A DNA stretch of 64,000 nt from an uncultured virus (IMG/VR IMGVR_UViG_2713896875_000003) (taxonomy: Duplodnaviria > Heunggongvirae > Uroviricota > Caudoviricetes): IMG/VR virus record IMGVR_UViG_2713896875_000003, positions 1 through 64,000 of that record. One strand, given 5' to 3'. A program made the translations under genes and the position numbers. The notes under the pieces were generated by a model. It did no database searches. It was not told where the DNA came from and was given only the letters and a program-made list of their open reading frames with translations. This document shows positions 39,662 through 48,601 of the stretch, piece by piece; the first letter of the stretch is position 1; every line of letters begins with the position of its first letter.

Positions 39662-39817
39662 ATGAAAACGAATGCTTTTCCAGGTTTCGATAATATTAAA
39701 CAGTTGTATGATTGGAATTGTTATACAAAACAAGATTTAGTAGATTACGTGAATATGAATTGCTTAACAAAAGAAGAATACACAAAAATTTGTGGAGAAC
39801 CGTTTAGCGAAAGCTAA
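39662..39817 (+). CDS. XkdX-like protein, 51 aa
   Basis: Not in ORF track; IKQLYDWNCYTK...LTKEEYTKICGE. Confidence 0.75.
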   Translation: MKTNAFPGFDNIKQLYDWNCYTKQDLVDYVNMNCLTKEEYTKICGEPFSES

Positions 39818-39851
39818 GCGGTTTTTCTTGTAAGTAGAAAGTAGGTGCAGG

Positions 39852-40073
39852 ATGAACTTAACAGTAGAACAATGGTTAGCAGTGATTACATTCTTAGGCG
39901 GAATTATTTTCGCATTAATGAAATTTTATCATGTCTTTTCTCAATTAGAAGATAGCATGAAAGAACTAAAGGAAGCTGTTGAACGTTTAAATAACCATGA
40001 AATACGCATTAGCCGATTGGAAGAGCAAAATAAAACCCTCTTTAGAGGGATTGGAGGAAATAAAAATGATTAA
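39852..40073 (+). CDS. Small membrane lysis-cassette protein (XhlA-like)
   Basis: N-terminal TM, HEIRISRLEE. Confidence 0.6.
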   Translation: MNLTVEQWLAVITFLGGIIFALMKFYHVFSQLEDSMKELKEAVERLNNHEIRISRLEEQNKTLFRGIGGNKND

Positions 40074-40299
40074 TTGGAAATCAAGAATAAAGAACAAACA
40101 ATTTTGGCTTTCGATTATTCCAGCAGTTCTATTATTAATTCAAGTAGTAGCAGTTCCTTTTGGATATAAATTTCAAATTGAAATGATTAATAAGCAACTG
40201 TTAGATGTTGTTAATGCATTATTTGTTGTGCTAACTATTCTAGGTATTGTGACAGATCCCACAACACCTGGATTATCAGATAGGAAAGGAGATAAATAA
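40066..40299 (+). CDS. Holin (phiLC3 family)
   Basis: MINWKSRIKNKQFW...GIVTDPTTPGLSD. Confidence 0.9.
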   Translation: MINWKSRIKNKQFWLSIIPAVLLLIQVVAVPFGYKFQIEMINKQLLDVVNALFVVLTILGIVTDPTTPGLSDRKGDK

Positions 40300-41541
40300 A
40301 TGAAAAAGAAACTATTGGCAACGTTACTGGTAGTCTTATTTTTTGTATCACCAATTAGCACATTTGCTGCAAAAGGAGACCAAGGCGTTGATTTGTCTAT
40401 TTGGAATGGGTATCAAGCAACATTTGGTTATGCACATGATAAATTCTCAATTTCACAAATTGGTGGGCAAAACAACTATGGGATTTATGATCAAGTTACT
40501 TATTCTAGTCAAGTAGCTAGTACGATTGCTCAAGGTAAACGAGCGCATACGTATGTATGGTGGCAAAACGTCCTTACCTACGAAAATGCAAAGCAAGTAT
40601 TAGATTACTTTTTACCTAAAGTTCAAACACCAAAGGGATCAATTGTCGCCTTAGATGCGGAAGACGGCGTTCAATCGACGGATGTAACGCTATGGGCGTT
40701 AGACTATATCAAAGAGGCTGGATATACACCGATGCTTTACGGATACAAAGGGTATCTTACTTCATCTTATGATTTATCACGAATTGCAAAGAAGTATCAA
40801 TTATGGATGGCAGAATATCCAGATTATGAAGTGACACCTTATCCAAATTACAATTATTTTCCTTCATTTGAAAATATCGGTATTTTTCAGTTCACGTCAA
40901 CCTACGTTGCAGGAGGGCTAGATGGTAACATTGATTTAACAGGTATTACTGATAATGGTTATACAAAGAATAACCAACCAGCAACAAACACACCAGCTAT
41001 TGAGGAAGGTAAAGAAGTAGAAAATACGCCAAGTTCCGATGTTAAAGTGGGCGACACTGTTAAAGTGAAATTTAGTGTTGATGCTTGGGCAACTGGCGAA
41101 GCTATTCCGCAATGGGTAAAAGGAAACAGCTATAAAGTGCAAGAAGTAACTGAGAGCAGAGTATTGCTTGAAGGTATCTTGTCATGGATCAGCAAAGGCG
41201 ATATTGAATTATTGCCAGATGCAGCAACAGTTCCTGATAAGCAACCAGAAGCAACACACGTAGTACAATACGGCGAAACATTATCAAGTATTGCTTACCA
41301 ATACGGAACAGATTATCAAACGTTGGCGGCATTAAATGGATTGGCTAATCCAAATCTAATTTATCCTGGCCAAGTTTTGAAAGTAAATGGATCAGCAGTA
41401 AGCAACGTTTACACAGTTCAATACGGTGATAATTTATCAAGTATTGCAGCCAAACTCGGCACTACTTATCAAGCCTTAGCTGCATTAAACGGATTAGCAA
41501 ATCCTAACTTGATTTATCCTGGTCAAACATTGAATTATTAA
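40300..41541 (+). CDS. Endolysin, GH25 muramidase with two LysM domains and a signal peptide
   Basis: GVDLS, ALDAED, QFTS...LDGN; two LysM repeats (NPNLIYPGQ). Confidence 0.92.
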   Translation: MKKKLLATLLVVLFFVSPISTFAAKGDQGVDLSIWNGYQATFGYAHDKFSISQIGGQNNYGIYDQVTYSSQVASTIAQGKRAHTYVWWQNVLTYENAKQVLDYFLPKVQTPKGSIVALDAEDGVQSTDVTLWALDYIKEAGYTPMLYGYKGYLTSSYDLSRIAKKYQLWMAEYPDYEVTPYPNYNYFPSFENIGIFQFTSTYVAGGLDGNIDLTGITDNGYTKNNQPATNTPAIEEGKEVENTPSSDVKVGDTVKVKFSVDAWATGEAIPQWVKGNSYKVQEVTESRVLLEGILSWISKGDIELLPDAATVPDKQPEATHVVQYGETLSSIAYQYGTDYQTLAALNGLANPNLIYPGQVLKVNGSAVSNVYTVQYGDNLSSIAAKLGTTYQALAALNGLANPNLIYPGQTLNY

Positions 41542-41550
41542 GAAATAAGC

Positions 41551-41590
41551 AAATCCCTACTTCTCACTGTGAGAGGTAGGGATTTTTTAT
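41551..41590 (+). terminator. Terminator after endolysin
   Basis: AAATCCCTACTTCTCAC..GTGAGAGGTAGGGATTT plus T-run. Confidence 0.8.
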
Positions 41591-41599
41591 TTATTCGGT

Positions 41600-41870
41600 A
41601 TATTTTACATGTCTATTCGCTTGCCTTTTTTTATTTTTTGATGTAGATTTTATCTTGTTGTTATAGTCTATTTTGCTAATTTGAATTAAAATGATATTAC
41701 GCAAACCCTTGTGAGTTCTAGTCTGTCTAAATATGGTGTTGTAGAAAAATTACACCGTGAAACTAAATAATTTAGTTAGACAGAGCCTAGAATCCTTGCT
41801 TTATAAGGGTTCTAGGCTCTTTTTTTGTTGTTAGGAATTTACTGATTTAGTTATTGATGTAGATTTGCTA
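41600..41870. other. attP region; core probably TTACACCGTGAAACTAAATAA (41750-41770)
   Basis: Between lysin and int 3' end; core translates LHRETK-stop (L33 C-terminus); GATGTAGATTT repeats near 41640 and 41856. Confidence 0.75.
41783..41826. terminator. Terminator downstream of att core, convergent with int
   Basis: GAGCCTAGAATCCTT...AAGGGTTCTAGGCTC plus T-run. Confidence 0.8.
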
Positions 41871-41872
41871 TT

Positions 41873-43054
41873 TTAAAAATTTACATAGCTACTGAAAGCA
41901 TCTGTTGCTTCTTTAGTAACTTCATCAGAAACATGAGTGTAAGTATCCATAGTTATTTGTAAAGAAGAATGTCCTAAACGTTCTTGGATTATTTTAGACC
42001 TAACATTATCTGATTCGAATAATAATGTTGCGTGTGTATGCCGAAAACCATGACAACCAATAGAATGTAAGTTAGCTTTTTCTGCCAATCTTTTGGAACG
42101 TTGGTAAATGTCTTGACTTCGGAACATGGTACCATCAATTTTTGTAAAAATAAGTTGTGTTTTAAACCCACCTTTTTTCATTAAAGCCTCACGCTGTCTA
42201 AGTTTCCATTTTTTTAAGATATAAGCAGTCTTGTTATCAAAAGAAATTTTACGAATAGAATTGGAAGTTTTAGGATCGTTTATAGTCAATCCATTTGTAC
42301 TGATAGCAGTAGTTTTATTTATATTAACTACCTGCTTTTTTAAATCAATATCATTCCAATTCAATGCTAAAGCTTCACCAACACGTATACCAGTAAAAGA
42401 AAGTAAGCGAAAAATAGCACAGTCTAAGTCAGCATAGTATTTTAGAACTAAACTTTCTTCTTTGGCTTGATTGGCAATGCTATCAGCTGTATTTAAGAAA
42501 TGTTCCAGTTCGTCTTTTGTATAGAACTTTCTTTTTGTATTCTTTTCTATTTTCTTTAGCGAACTAGGCTTAGTTATTTTCTTAAATGGGTTTGAATCTA
42601 TTATTTCTAAACCAACAGCATAGTCACAAACACGAGAAGCATAACTCAAAAGTACTTTTCCCATTTCATTCTTTTTATACCATTCATTAACAGATTTTTG
42701 CACGGTCTTGACTGTTAAACGCTCAAGTCGCATTTTCCCGAATGTGGGTAAAATGTGTTTTTTCATACGTCGTTCAGTAGCTATAAATGTGGATTCCCTA
42801 ACTGTTTTTTTGTATTCGTCCAACCACATATAATAAACTTCTTCAAAAGTGGTTAAATGAGTATGCTCGTTAGCTAGATTTCCATTATCAAAATCTAATT
42901 TTTTTTGATTAAGCTTGAGCTGTGCTTCTTTTTTTGTATTACAGTTTCTGATAGTGACATTAATTTGTTTTCCAGTTAAATAATCTACGCCTAAATAGGC
43001 AGTTACTTTCCAGTATTTTTTCCCTTTTTTTGTATATTGTTTAAAAGTTGCCAT
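41873..43054 (-). CDS. int: Tyrosine integrase
   Basis: TGIRVGEALAL, PKT, HGFRHTHA, RLGH, YTH catalytic motifs. Confidence 0.96.
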   Translation of the reverse strand: MATFKQYTKKGKKYWKVTAYLGVDYLTGKQINVTIRNCNTKKEAQLKLNQKKLDFDNGNLANEHTHLTTFEEVYYMWLDEYKKTVRESTFIATERRMKKHILPTFGKMRLERLTVKTVQKSVNEWYKKNEMGKVLLSYASRVCDYAVGLEIIDSNPFKKITKPSSLKKIEKNTKRKFYTKDELEHFLNTADSIANQAKEESLVLKYYADLDCAIFRLLSFTGIRVGEALALNWNDIDLKKQVVNINKTTAISTNGLTINDPKTSNSIRKISFDNKTAYILKKWKLRQREALMKKGGFKTQLIFTKIDGTMFRSQDIYQRSKRLAEKANLHSIGCHGFRHTHATLLFESDNVRSKIIQERLGHSSLQITMDTYTHVSDEVTKEATDAFSSYVNF

Positions 43055-43239
43055 TGCTTATCCTTTCCACTTGGGCAAGCGAATAGAAGGAATGACAAAT
43101 TTCTAGCACCTCCTTATTAAATTTTAAAGCCCCTAGCATGAATCGAACACGCTTAGACTCGCCAGAGAGGGGGATTTATAGAAGAAATTATGCTATAATT
43201 GGCCTATGAAGAGGTCATCCAATTGTAAAGGGGTTTTCT

Positions 43240-43887
43240 ATGATGGTTATTGAATACTTAAATATTTTTGCAGTACTTATACAATCTACTGCTACAGGAT
43301 ATTTTACCTATTTCTTAATTAAGAGTAATGACTTGTTAGTTTTATCAAATGCACAAAAAGAAGAAAAAATAGCAGTAGTATCAATATTGTCAGCCATTAA
43401 TTTAGCTGTATTTTTGTTAGCTCAAAGTATCATTTCTTACAATTTGTCGAATATGGAACCGTACATCCAACAAATTGCGGCTGCAATACTATCATTTGTA
43501 TTAGTATTAGTAATTGGGTTGTTCGTTTTACCTAAAGCAATTTTATCTTTTTTTTCTTGGATAAATAAACTTAGAAAAAAGAAGGGTAAGCTAGAATTTA
43601 CACATAGAGCAATTAGAGATACTGCGTTGGATAATTCTTATCATCAATACATCTATGTTTTTGATTTTGCAAACAACTATATCGCTTCTGGCTATTTAAA
43701 TGTTTATCAATATAATACGGATGAATACAATGAGTTACTATTATATGCACCAAAAGAACCTGAAAAAAGACGAACTGTCGAAGCAGTTGAAATTCTATTT
43801 AAAAATAATGATATAAATATTTTGATTGATTATGAGAAAAAAGTGAAATTGTATATAGTGCCTATGGACGAGGCTGTGGGCGAGTAG
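43240..43887 (+). CDS. Accessory three-TM membrane protein (moron-like)
   Basis: Own extended -10 TGCTATAAT near 43190; opposite strand to neighbours. Confidence 0.75.
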   Translation: MMVIEYLNIFAVLIQSTATGYFTYFLIKSNDLLVLSNAQKEEKIAVVSILSAINLAVFLLAQSIISYNLSNMEPYIQQIAAAILSFVLVLVIGLFVLPKAILSFFSWINKLRKKKGKLEFTHRAIRDTALDNSYHQYIYVFDFANNYIASGYLNVYQYNTDEYNELLLYAPKEPEKRRTVEAVEILFKNNDINILIDYEKKVKLYIVPMDEAVGE

Positions 43888-43960
43888 GTGGCGGAGGAGG
43901 TGCTCCTTTGCCACCATTTCTTTTTTCTCCATAATCGGGCATTGTTCTAGTAGTTGGCAT
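43862..43960 (-). CDS. Proline-rich micropeptide, 32 aa
   Basis: RBS AGAAAGGA; MPTTRTMPDYGEKRNGGKGAPPPPPTRPQPRP-stop; not in ORF track. Confidence 0.55.
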   Translation of the reverse strand: MPTTRTMPDYGEKRNGGKGAPPPPPTRPQPRP

Positions 43961-43980
43961 TTTTAATATTCCTTTCTAAT

Positions 43981-44745
43981 TTATTTAATTCGTAGTGGTT
44001 GACCAGGATAAAAAACAGAGTTGTCAATGCCTGGATTTAATGATAATAGTTGTTCTAAGGTTAAGCCATTTCTTTCAGCTACTTGTCGAGCTCCTTCACC
44101 GCTTCGTACTTTGTCATATACAGGTTGTTCAGATTCAGAGCTTTGAGGTTGTTCAATTACTGAAGATGATTGAGTAGATGGCAATGGTTGTTGTGATGTA
44201 GAAATTTCCGTGTCAACAGCAGCTAATTCGGTGTACAGGTCTGTTAACTTATTTGCTTCAGCAGTATAAACATCTGTTAGTTTATTTGCCCAAGATTCAT
44301 ATAATGAATAGTCGTCTTTATTAGAAAGTTGTATGTTTGCCATTTCCGAAATTCCAGTATTTGAAATATCTGCTAATTTTCCTATTTTAGAGTTTAAAAC
44401 CTCAGCTAATGCTGAAACATTGCCTTTTATAGGTTCTCCTTCATTTCGCAGTTCTTCAATCAATATAGGTGTAGTTGTAGTCAACTTTTGAGTATAAGTC
44501 TCTAAAATTTGGGAATAGGTAGACCCGCCTAATTCTTTTTGTGTTGTTTCATCTGTTTGTGTACTTGAATAATGTATAGTTGATGACTCACTACTTGAGC
44601 TATTAATTTTTTTAGAATCAGAAATATCTTTCTTTTCAGATGTAATTGAGGTAGAACTTGAGTTTTGCTTTGAAACCTGTTTAGTTTCGTTAGAACAAGC
44701 AGTAAGCAGTAATAATGATAAACCTAAAGTAACAATTTTTTTCAT
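43981..44745 (-). CDS. Phage lipoprotein with C-terminal LysM (possible superinfection exclusion)
   Basis: Lipobox LTAC, Ser-rich linker, LysM (LNPGI...YPGQPLRI); lysogeny-module position. Confidence 0.75.
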   Translation of the reverse strand: MKKIVTLGLSLLLLTACSNETKQVSKQNSSSTSITSEKKDISDSKKINSSSSESSTIHYSSTQTDETTQKELGGSTYSQILETYTQKLTTTTPILIEELRNEGEPIKGNVSALAEVLNSKIGKLADISNTGISEMANIQLSNKDDYSLYESWANKLTDVYTAEANKLTDLYTELAAVDTEISTSQQPLPSTQSSSVIEQPQSSESEQPVYDKVRSGEGARQVAERNGLTLEQLLSLNPGIDNSVFYPGQPLRIK

Positions 44746-44833
44746 TTTTAAATTAATCCTCATTTCTGTTATAATATGCTTGTCAGTAAATCTCTAAATG
44801 AGGTTTAAGTCCGTGTTCCCAGCACGGACTTTT

Positions 44834-45178
44834 TTATTTCAAATAAACTTCTTGTCCCATTTTTAAGTTGTAATGAGCTATAACATTTGAGTAATTGTAT
44901 TGTCCTTCATATTTTTCGATTAAGCTTCTAAACATATATTGTTCTGCTTCGGATTCCATCTTAGAACGGAAAACAGGAATTTTATACAATTCCATTATAT
45001 CCACATGGTCTTTTACATGCTTTAACTCGTGATATATTGCTTCTTCTTGTTCTGATGGTGTTAAATTTTGATTTACAAATATGATACCGTAGGTAGGGTC
45101 GAAACATGCGCGTTTGTTCAAAGTAGTAAAAACTAACTCCACATTATATTCTTCTACCAACTCTTTGATACTTTTCAT
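44834..45178 (-). CDS. ImmA/IrrE-family metallopeptidase
   Basis: HELKH plus ESEA; adjacent to repressor. Confidence 0.88.
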   Translation of the reverse strand: MKSIKELVEEYNVELVFTTLNKRACFDPTYGIIFVNQNLTPSEQEEAIYHELKHVKDHVDIMELYKIPVFRSKMESEAEQYMFRSLIEKYEGQYNYSNVIAHYNLKMGQEVYLK

Positions 45179-45196
45179 ATAAGCACAACCTTTGAC

Positions 45197-45520
45197 TTAT
45201 TTCCCGAATCTACCCTTTAAATATGCACGAATAACTTCTCTGTCATGATCATCAAGTGGTTCACCGTCAAAACTCATGACGTTATCCAGTACATCATCTA
45301 AATCATCAGATTGCTTTGATTTATTAGAAACTTCACGACCTAATAAATAATCTGTTGAAACTCCAAAATAATTTGCAACAGCTTCTAATTTATCAATAGA
45401 AGGTTTACTTTTTTTCCAAGCGTATAATGAATTTCGACTGAAATTTAACTTTTCTTCAAGTTCGACAATAGATATTTTCTGACTATCTGCTAATTTTTTT
45501 ACTCTATCAAATACAGTCAT
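45197..45520 (-). CDS. CI/ImmR-like XRE repressor
   Basis: HTH_3 (SIVELEEKLNFSRNSLYAW...VSTDYLLG); RBS GGAGG. Confidence 0.9.
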   Translation of the reverse strand: MTVFDRVKKLADSQKISIVELEEKLNFSRNSLYAWKKSKPSIDKLEAVANYFGVSTDYLLGREVSNKSKQSDDLDDVLDNVMSFDGEPLDDHDREVIRAYLKGRFGK

Positions 45521-45550
45521 ATCAAGCTTTCCTCCGTAAGCTTCGGAAAT

Positions 45551-45800
45551 TTCTATAAAAAAATGTAGAAAATCATTTGACATCTACAAAACTTTTTAAT
45601 ATACTATGTCCGTAAGCTAAATTATTAGCTAATAAGTTCGCAAATAAAACCAAGAAACAAACTAAAAAATCGTTGGGGAACGGTAAAAAGTGTTGTTTTA
45701 CTAGGCTTAAAAAGTCTTATTTAGCTATGCACCTATTCTACAAAACATTATAGAATAAGTCAATAAATTTTATAAAATTAGCTAATTTTTTAGCTTACAA
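45551..45800 (+). promoter_or_regulatory. Lysis/lysogeny switch: lytic promoter and operators
   Basis: TTGACA(45577)-17-TATACT(45600); palindromes TTCTATAAAAAAATGTAGAA (45551) and TTCTACAAAACATTATAGAA (~45736). Confidence 0.75.
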
Positions 45801-45826
45801 ATTAGAGATGAAAGGGAGTGAAGGGA

Positions 45827-45988
45827 ATGGATTTGATTGTGACAGAACTAAACGAAGGGGAAAAATACTCAAATTTAAGCAAAGCTGAATTGGTTAGTTT
45901 ACTTATGGAAATTATTGATGAATCAGTTATCCACGTTGAAGTTAAAAAAAACCCGTCTAACAAAACAACGGGTTCAAACAATGATTAA
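45827..45988 (+). CDS. Hypothetical protein, 53 aa
   Basis: RBS GGGAG; first ORF after the lytic promoter; not in ORF track. Confidence 0.5.
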   Translation: MDLIVTELNEGEKYSNLSKAELVSLLMEIIDESVIHVEVKKNPSNKTTGSNND

Positions 45989-46263
45989 AAAGTTCTAGAT
46001 TCGCTTTTTAGCCACGCGATGGCACCCTTGGCTAGATTCCTAGAAGCCCAGTGTTCTTTTGTTTGAATCACAAACAACGAATCACTTGAATCGATTTCTG
46101 TTTTTAATTTATCTCGAATTTCAGATGCACTTAAAGATGAATCTACTAACCAGAATGAATCAAATCTTTTTGAATAAGCTCCAAGTGATTTAATTTTTTC
46201 ATTCAGAGCATCATAATCTTGATTTGGTTTTTTCAAATCATAGGTAATAGCGTAAACACTCAT
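45985..46263 (-). CDS. Stand-alone Cas2/VapD-like small protein
   Basis: YAITYDL first strand, LG, S-x-W pattern; 92 aa; RBS AAGGTGG. Confidence 0.6.
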   Translation of the reverse strand: MSVYAITYDLKKPNQDYDALNEKIKSLGAYSKRFDSFWLVDSSLSASEIRDKLKTEIDSSDSLFVIQTKEHWASRNLAKGAIAWLKSESRTF

Positions 46264-46347
46264 AATATTTCACCACCTTATCAGTTATTTCAGCAGACCA
46301 CTTGCTGATAAGGAAAGTATATCAAAAAAAGAAAGTGAGGTAATTAA

Positions 46348-46524
46348 ATGTCACAAGATTTAGCTATCGAAGTAAGAGCAGCACTAATTCGTGCAGGGAA
46401 AAACCAATCTTGGTTAGCGAAACAATTAGGGATTTCAAGTCCGTACTTATCAGATATTCTTCATGGTCGTAGACGTTCAGAAGAGCAAGTTCGGAATATC
46501 AAAAAAATATTAGATATTAGATAG
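46348..46524 (+). CDS. Cro-like HTH protein, 58 aa
   Basis: NQSWLAKQLGISSPYLSDILHGRR; RBS GAGG; not in ORF track. Confidence 0.85.
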   Translation: MSQDLAIEVRAALIRAGKNQSWLAKQLGISSPYLSDILHGRRRSEEQVRNIKKILDIR

Positions 46525-46539
46525 GAGGTATAGGTAAAA

Positions 46540-46809
46540 GTGGAAGTGATTTTAACTCCAGAAAATGAAGCTTCTCTAAGAGATTTTGTACATGGAATTA
46601 TTGTAGATGAAATAGAAAAAGTACGAAGAGATACGGCAGTTGATAAGCGAGTCTTAAATCAAACAGAGATTGCAAAATATTTCAATGTATCCACAACAAC
46701 AATAAGGGAATGGGAGAAGCTAGGTCTTCCACATGGATCAGTAAGTAAGCAAGGGAAGTTCTACGACAAAGAAGAGTGTCGCAGATGGCTTCTATCACAA
46801 AAAAGATAA
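46540..46809 (+). CDS. Excisionase-like HTH protein
   Basis: LNQTEIAKYFNVSTTTIREWEKLGLP winged HTH. Confidence 0.65.
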   Translation: MEVILTPENEASLRDFVHGIIVDEIEKVRRDTAVDKRVLNQTEIAKYFNVSTTTIREWEKLGLPHGSVSKQGKFYDKEECRRWLLSQKR

Positions 46810-46843
46810 ATCTTGGGCAAGCGAAATTTAGGGAGGAAATAAT

Positions 46844-47014
46844 ATGAAAAAAATATATCACTTAAGACGTATAGCGGCACTGTTGGTTGTGTTCGGACTA
46901 GGTCTATTGGTAGGTGGAAATATTGGACCATTAATCCAAAACATTTATATAGCGGTTTTTATCATTTGGCTTTTAATTTATGATTTAGCGCTTGAAGATC
47001 GCGAGGTGAAGTAA
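46844..47014 (+). CDS. Small membrane protein, 56 aa
   Basis: RBS GGAGG, two hydrophobic segments; not in ORF track. Confidence 0.6.
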   Translation: MKKIYHLRRIAALLVVFGLGLLVGGNIGPLIQNIYIAVFIIWLLIYDLALEDREVK

Positions 47015-47407
47015 ATGAATGTATTCGACGTAATAGGAATAGTCGCAATTCCAGTAGCTATCTTGTGTTTTCATAATTGGATAATTGGTGAGCGATTAAG
47101 TGAAGCTGAAAATCGAATAAATAGTTTAACCATTCAACAAATGAACTCACGACAAATATTTAAAGATAGTAGGACAGGCGCTTTGTTACACCAAATGAAA
47201 GGAGAAAAAACTATGTTAACAGCTAATGAAGCTTTTTTAGTACGTGAAGCAGTACGAGAAAAGATTGAAACGTTAAGAGATGCAGTACGTCACGAAAGTG
47301 CAAAGCATCCGACAATGCAAGACCTCCGCACGCTAAAGCATTTTCAAGCAGAACTAGAGCGTTACGAAGCTGCTTATCAAAAAATGCTCAATGAAGTGGG
47401 GTGTTAG
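47015..47407 (+). CDS. Hypothetical protein (possible fusion of two small genes)
   Basis: Internal RBS AAGGAG plus in-frame ATG near 47213. Confidence 0.55.
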   Translation: MNVFDVIGIVAIPVAILCFHNWIIGERLSEAENRINSLTIQQMNSRQIFKDSRTGALLHQMKGEKTMLTANEAFLVREAVREKIETLRDAVRHESAKHPTMQDLRTLKHFQAELERYEAAYQKMLNEVGC

Positions 47408-47410
47408 TTG

Positions 47411-47641
47411 ATGGATGAAAATAAAAAGTATGTAGCATTTGTTGAGGATGGAATAGTTTTAAAAAGAGGTAGCGATATTTGCATACTTAGAGACACTACA
47501 AGTACAAATGCATTTATGCTTTCTGAAAAGGTAGCCAATCATTTAAGAACTAGTGGTGATAAGTATGAAATTTATCAGTTGGTTCCAATCAATAAAGGGG
47601 ATATGGAGGTATTAGGTGATGGCGAAAAAATGGACTCCTGA
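47411..47641 (+). CDS. Hypothetical phage protein
   Basis: ORF in early operon. Confidence 0.55.
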   Translation: MDENKKYVAFVEDGIVLKRGSDICILRDTTSTNAFMLSEKVANHLRTSGDKYEIYQLVPINKGDMEVLGDGEKMDS

Positions 47642-48275
47642 GGAGGAAAAATTACTTATTGCAAATGTTAAGTATGATCACAGAGGGTTTGTTTGTAACT
47701 ATCATGAATTAGAAAAGTTAATTAATCGTAATAAAAAGACTATTTATAACAAAGTTGTATGTATGCGAAAAGAAGGACATCTTTTCGAAGTTTATTGGGA
47801 TGATCCAATAAATCCTCCTGCGGCATCTTATAGTTGCATAGAAGATAAACGTATTATTTCTATGTATAAATCAGGCTGCCCGATTGCTGTTATTGCGCAA
47901 GAATTAAACCGAACAGAAGCAGCTATTACAACTAGAATGACACGTTTATTTAAAGATGGCCTTTTAAAACCAATACGACACCGTCCTTATACAACAGAAG
48001 ATATTAAGTTGTTGATAACAGAAATTAAGTTTGACGAGAACGGTTACGTTAAAAATGCGGATTATTTAGCAAATATGTTGAATAGAACAAAAAGTCAACT
48101 GCTTACTAAAATATGTGAATTGCGAAAAAAGGGTGTTATTAATACAATGCCTGATAAAAGTAAAGTAAATAAAAATTGGCATGATGCGATGAAGAAACAG
48201 ATAGATATATCTTATCAGTTGTATGTAGCAAAACAAAAAGAGCCTACCTCGTCCGCCAACGAAGTAAGCCATTAA
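47619..48275 (+). CDS. Protein with three Myb/HTH-like repeats
   Basis: WTPEEEKLL, YSCIEDKRI, YTTEDIKLL repeats each followed by an NR-T/N helix. Confidence 0.65.
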   Translation: MAKKWTPEEEKLLIANVKYDHRGFVCNYHELEKLINRNKKTIYNKVVCMRKEGHLFEVYWDDPINPPAASYSCIEDKRIISMYKSGCPIAVIAQELNRTEAAITTRMTRLFKDGLLKPIRHRPYTTEDIKLLITEIKFDENGYVKNADYLANMLNRTKSQLLTKICELRKKGVINTMPDKSKVNKNWHDAMKKQIDISYQLYVAKQKEPTSSANEVSH

Positions 48276-48306
48276 ATAAATATTCTGTACAAAGGAAGTG
48301 TAACAC

Positions 48307-48588
48307 ATGGAAAAAGAATTTGTCATTAAAATTGGAAAACTTTATATCAAAAGAAGTTACCAAGGGAATAACCGTGAGTATCTAGGCTTTGAGTTTACCA
48401 GCGACGTAAACGAGGCAAAACGTTTTTACGAAGATGAACCTGTTACAACTGTAAAAAATGAACGATACGACAGAAGATCTGTTCAAGTTGTTAGCTCTAA
48501 CGGATTAGAGTACGCCAATTTTGTAGCAGAACAATTAGGTGGTCAAGTTTACGAAGTACAAACAACGATTAAGTTGTTAAAGGTTTAG
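48307..48588 (+). CDS. Hypothetical phage protein
   Basis: 93 aa ORF with RBS. Confidence 0.6.
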   Translation: MEKEFVIKIGKLYIKRSYQGNNREYLGFEFTSDVNEAKRFYEDEPVTTVKNERYDRRSVQVVSSNGLEYANFVAEQLGGQVYEVQTTIKLLKV

Positions 48589-48601
48589 GAGGAGAAAGTT
48601 G

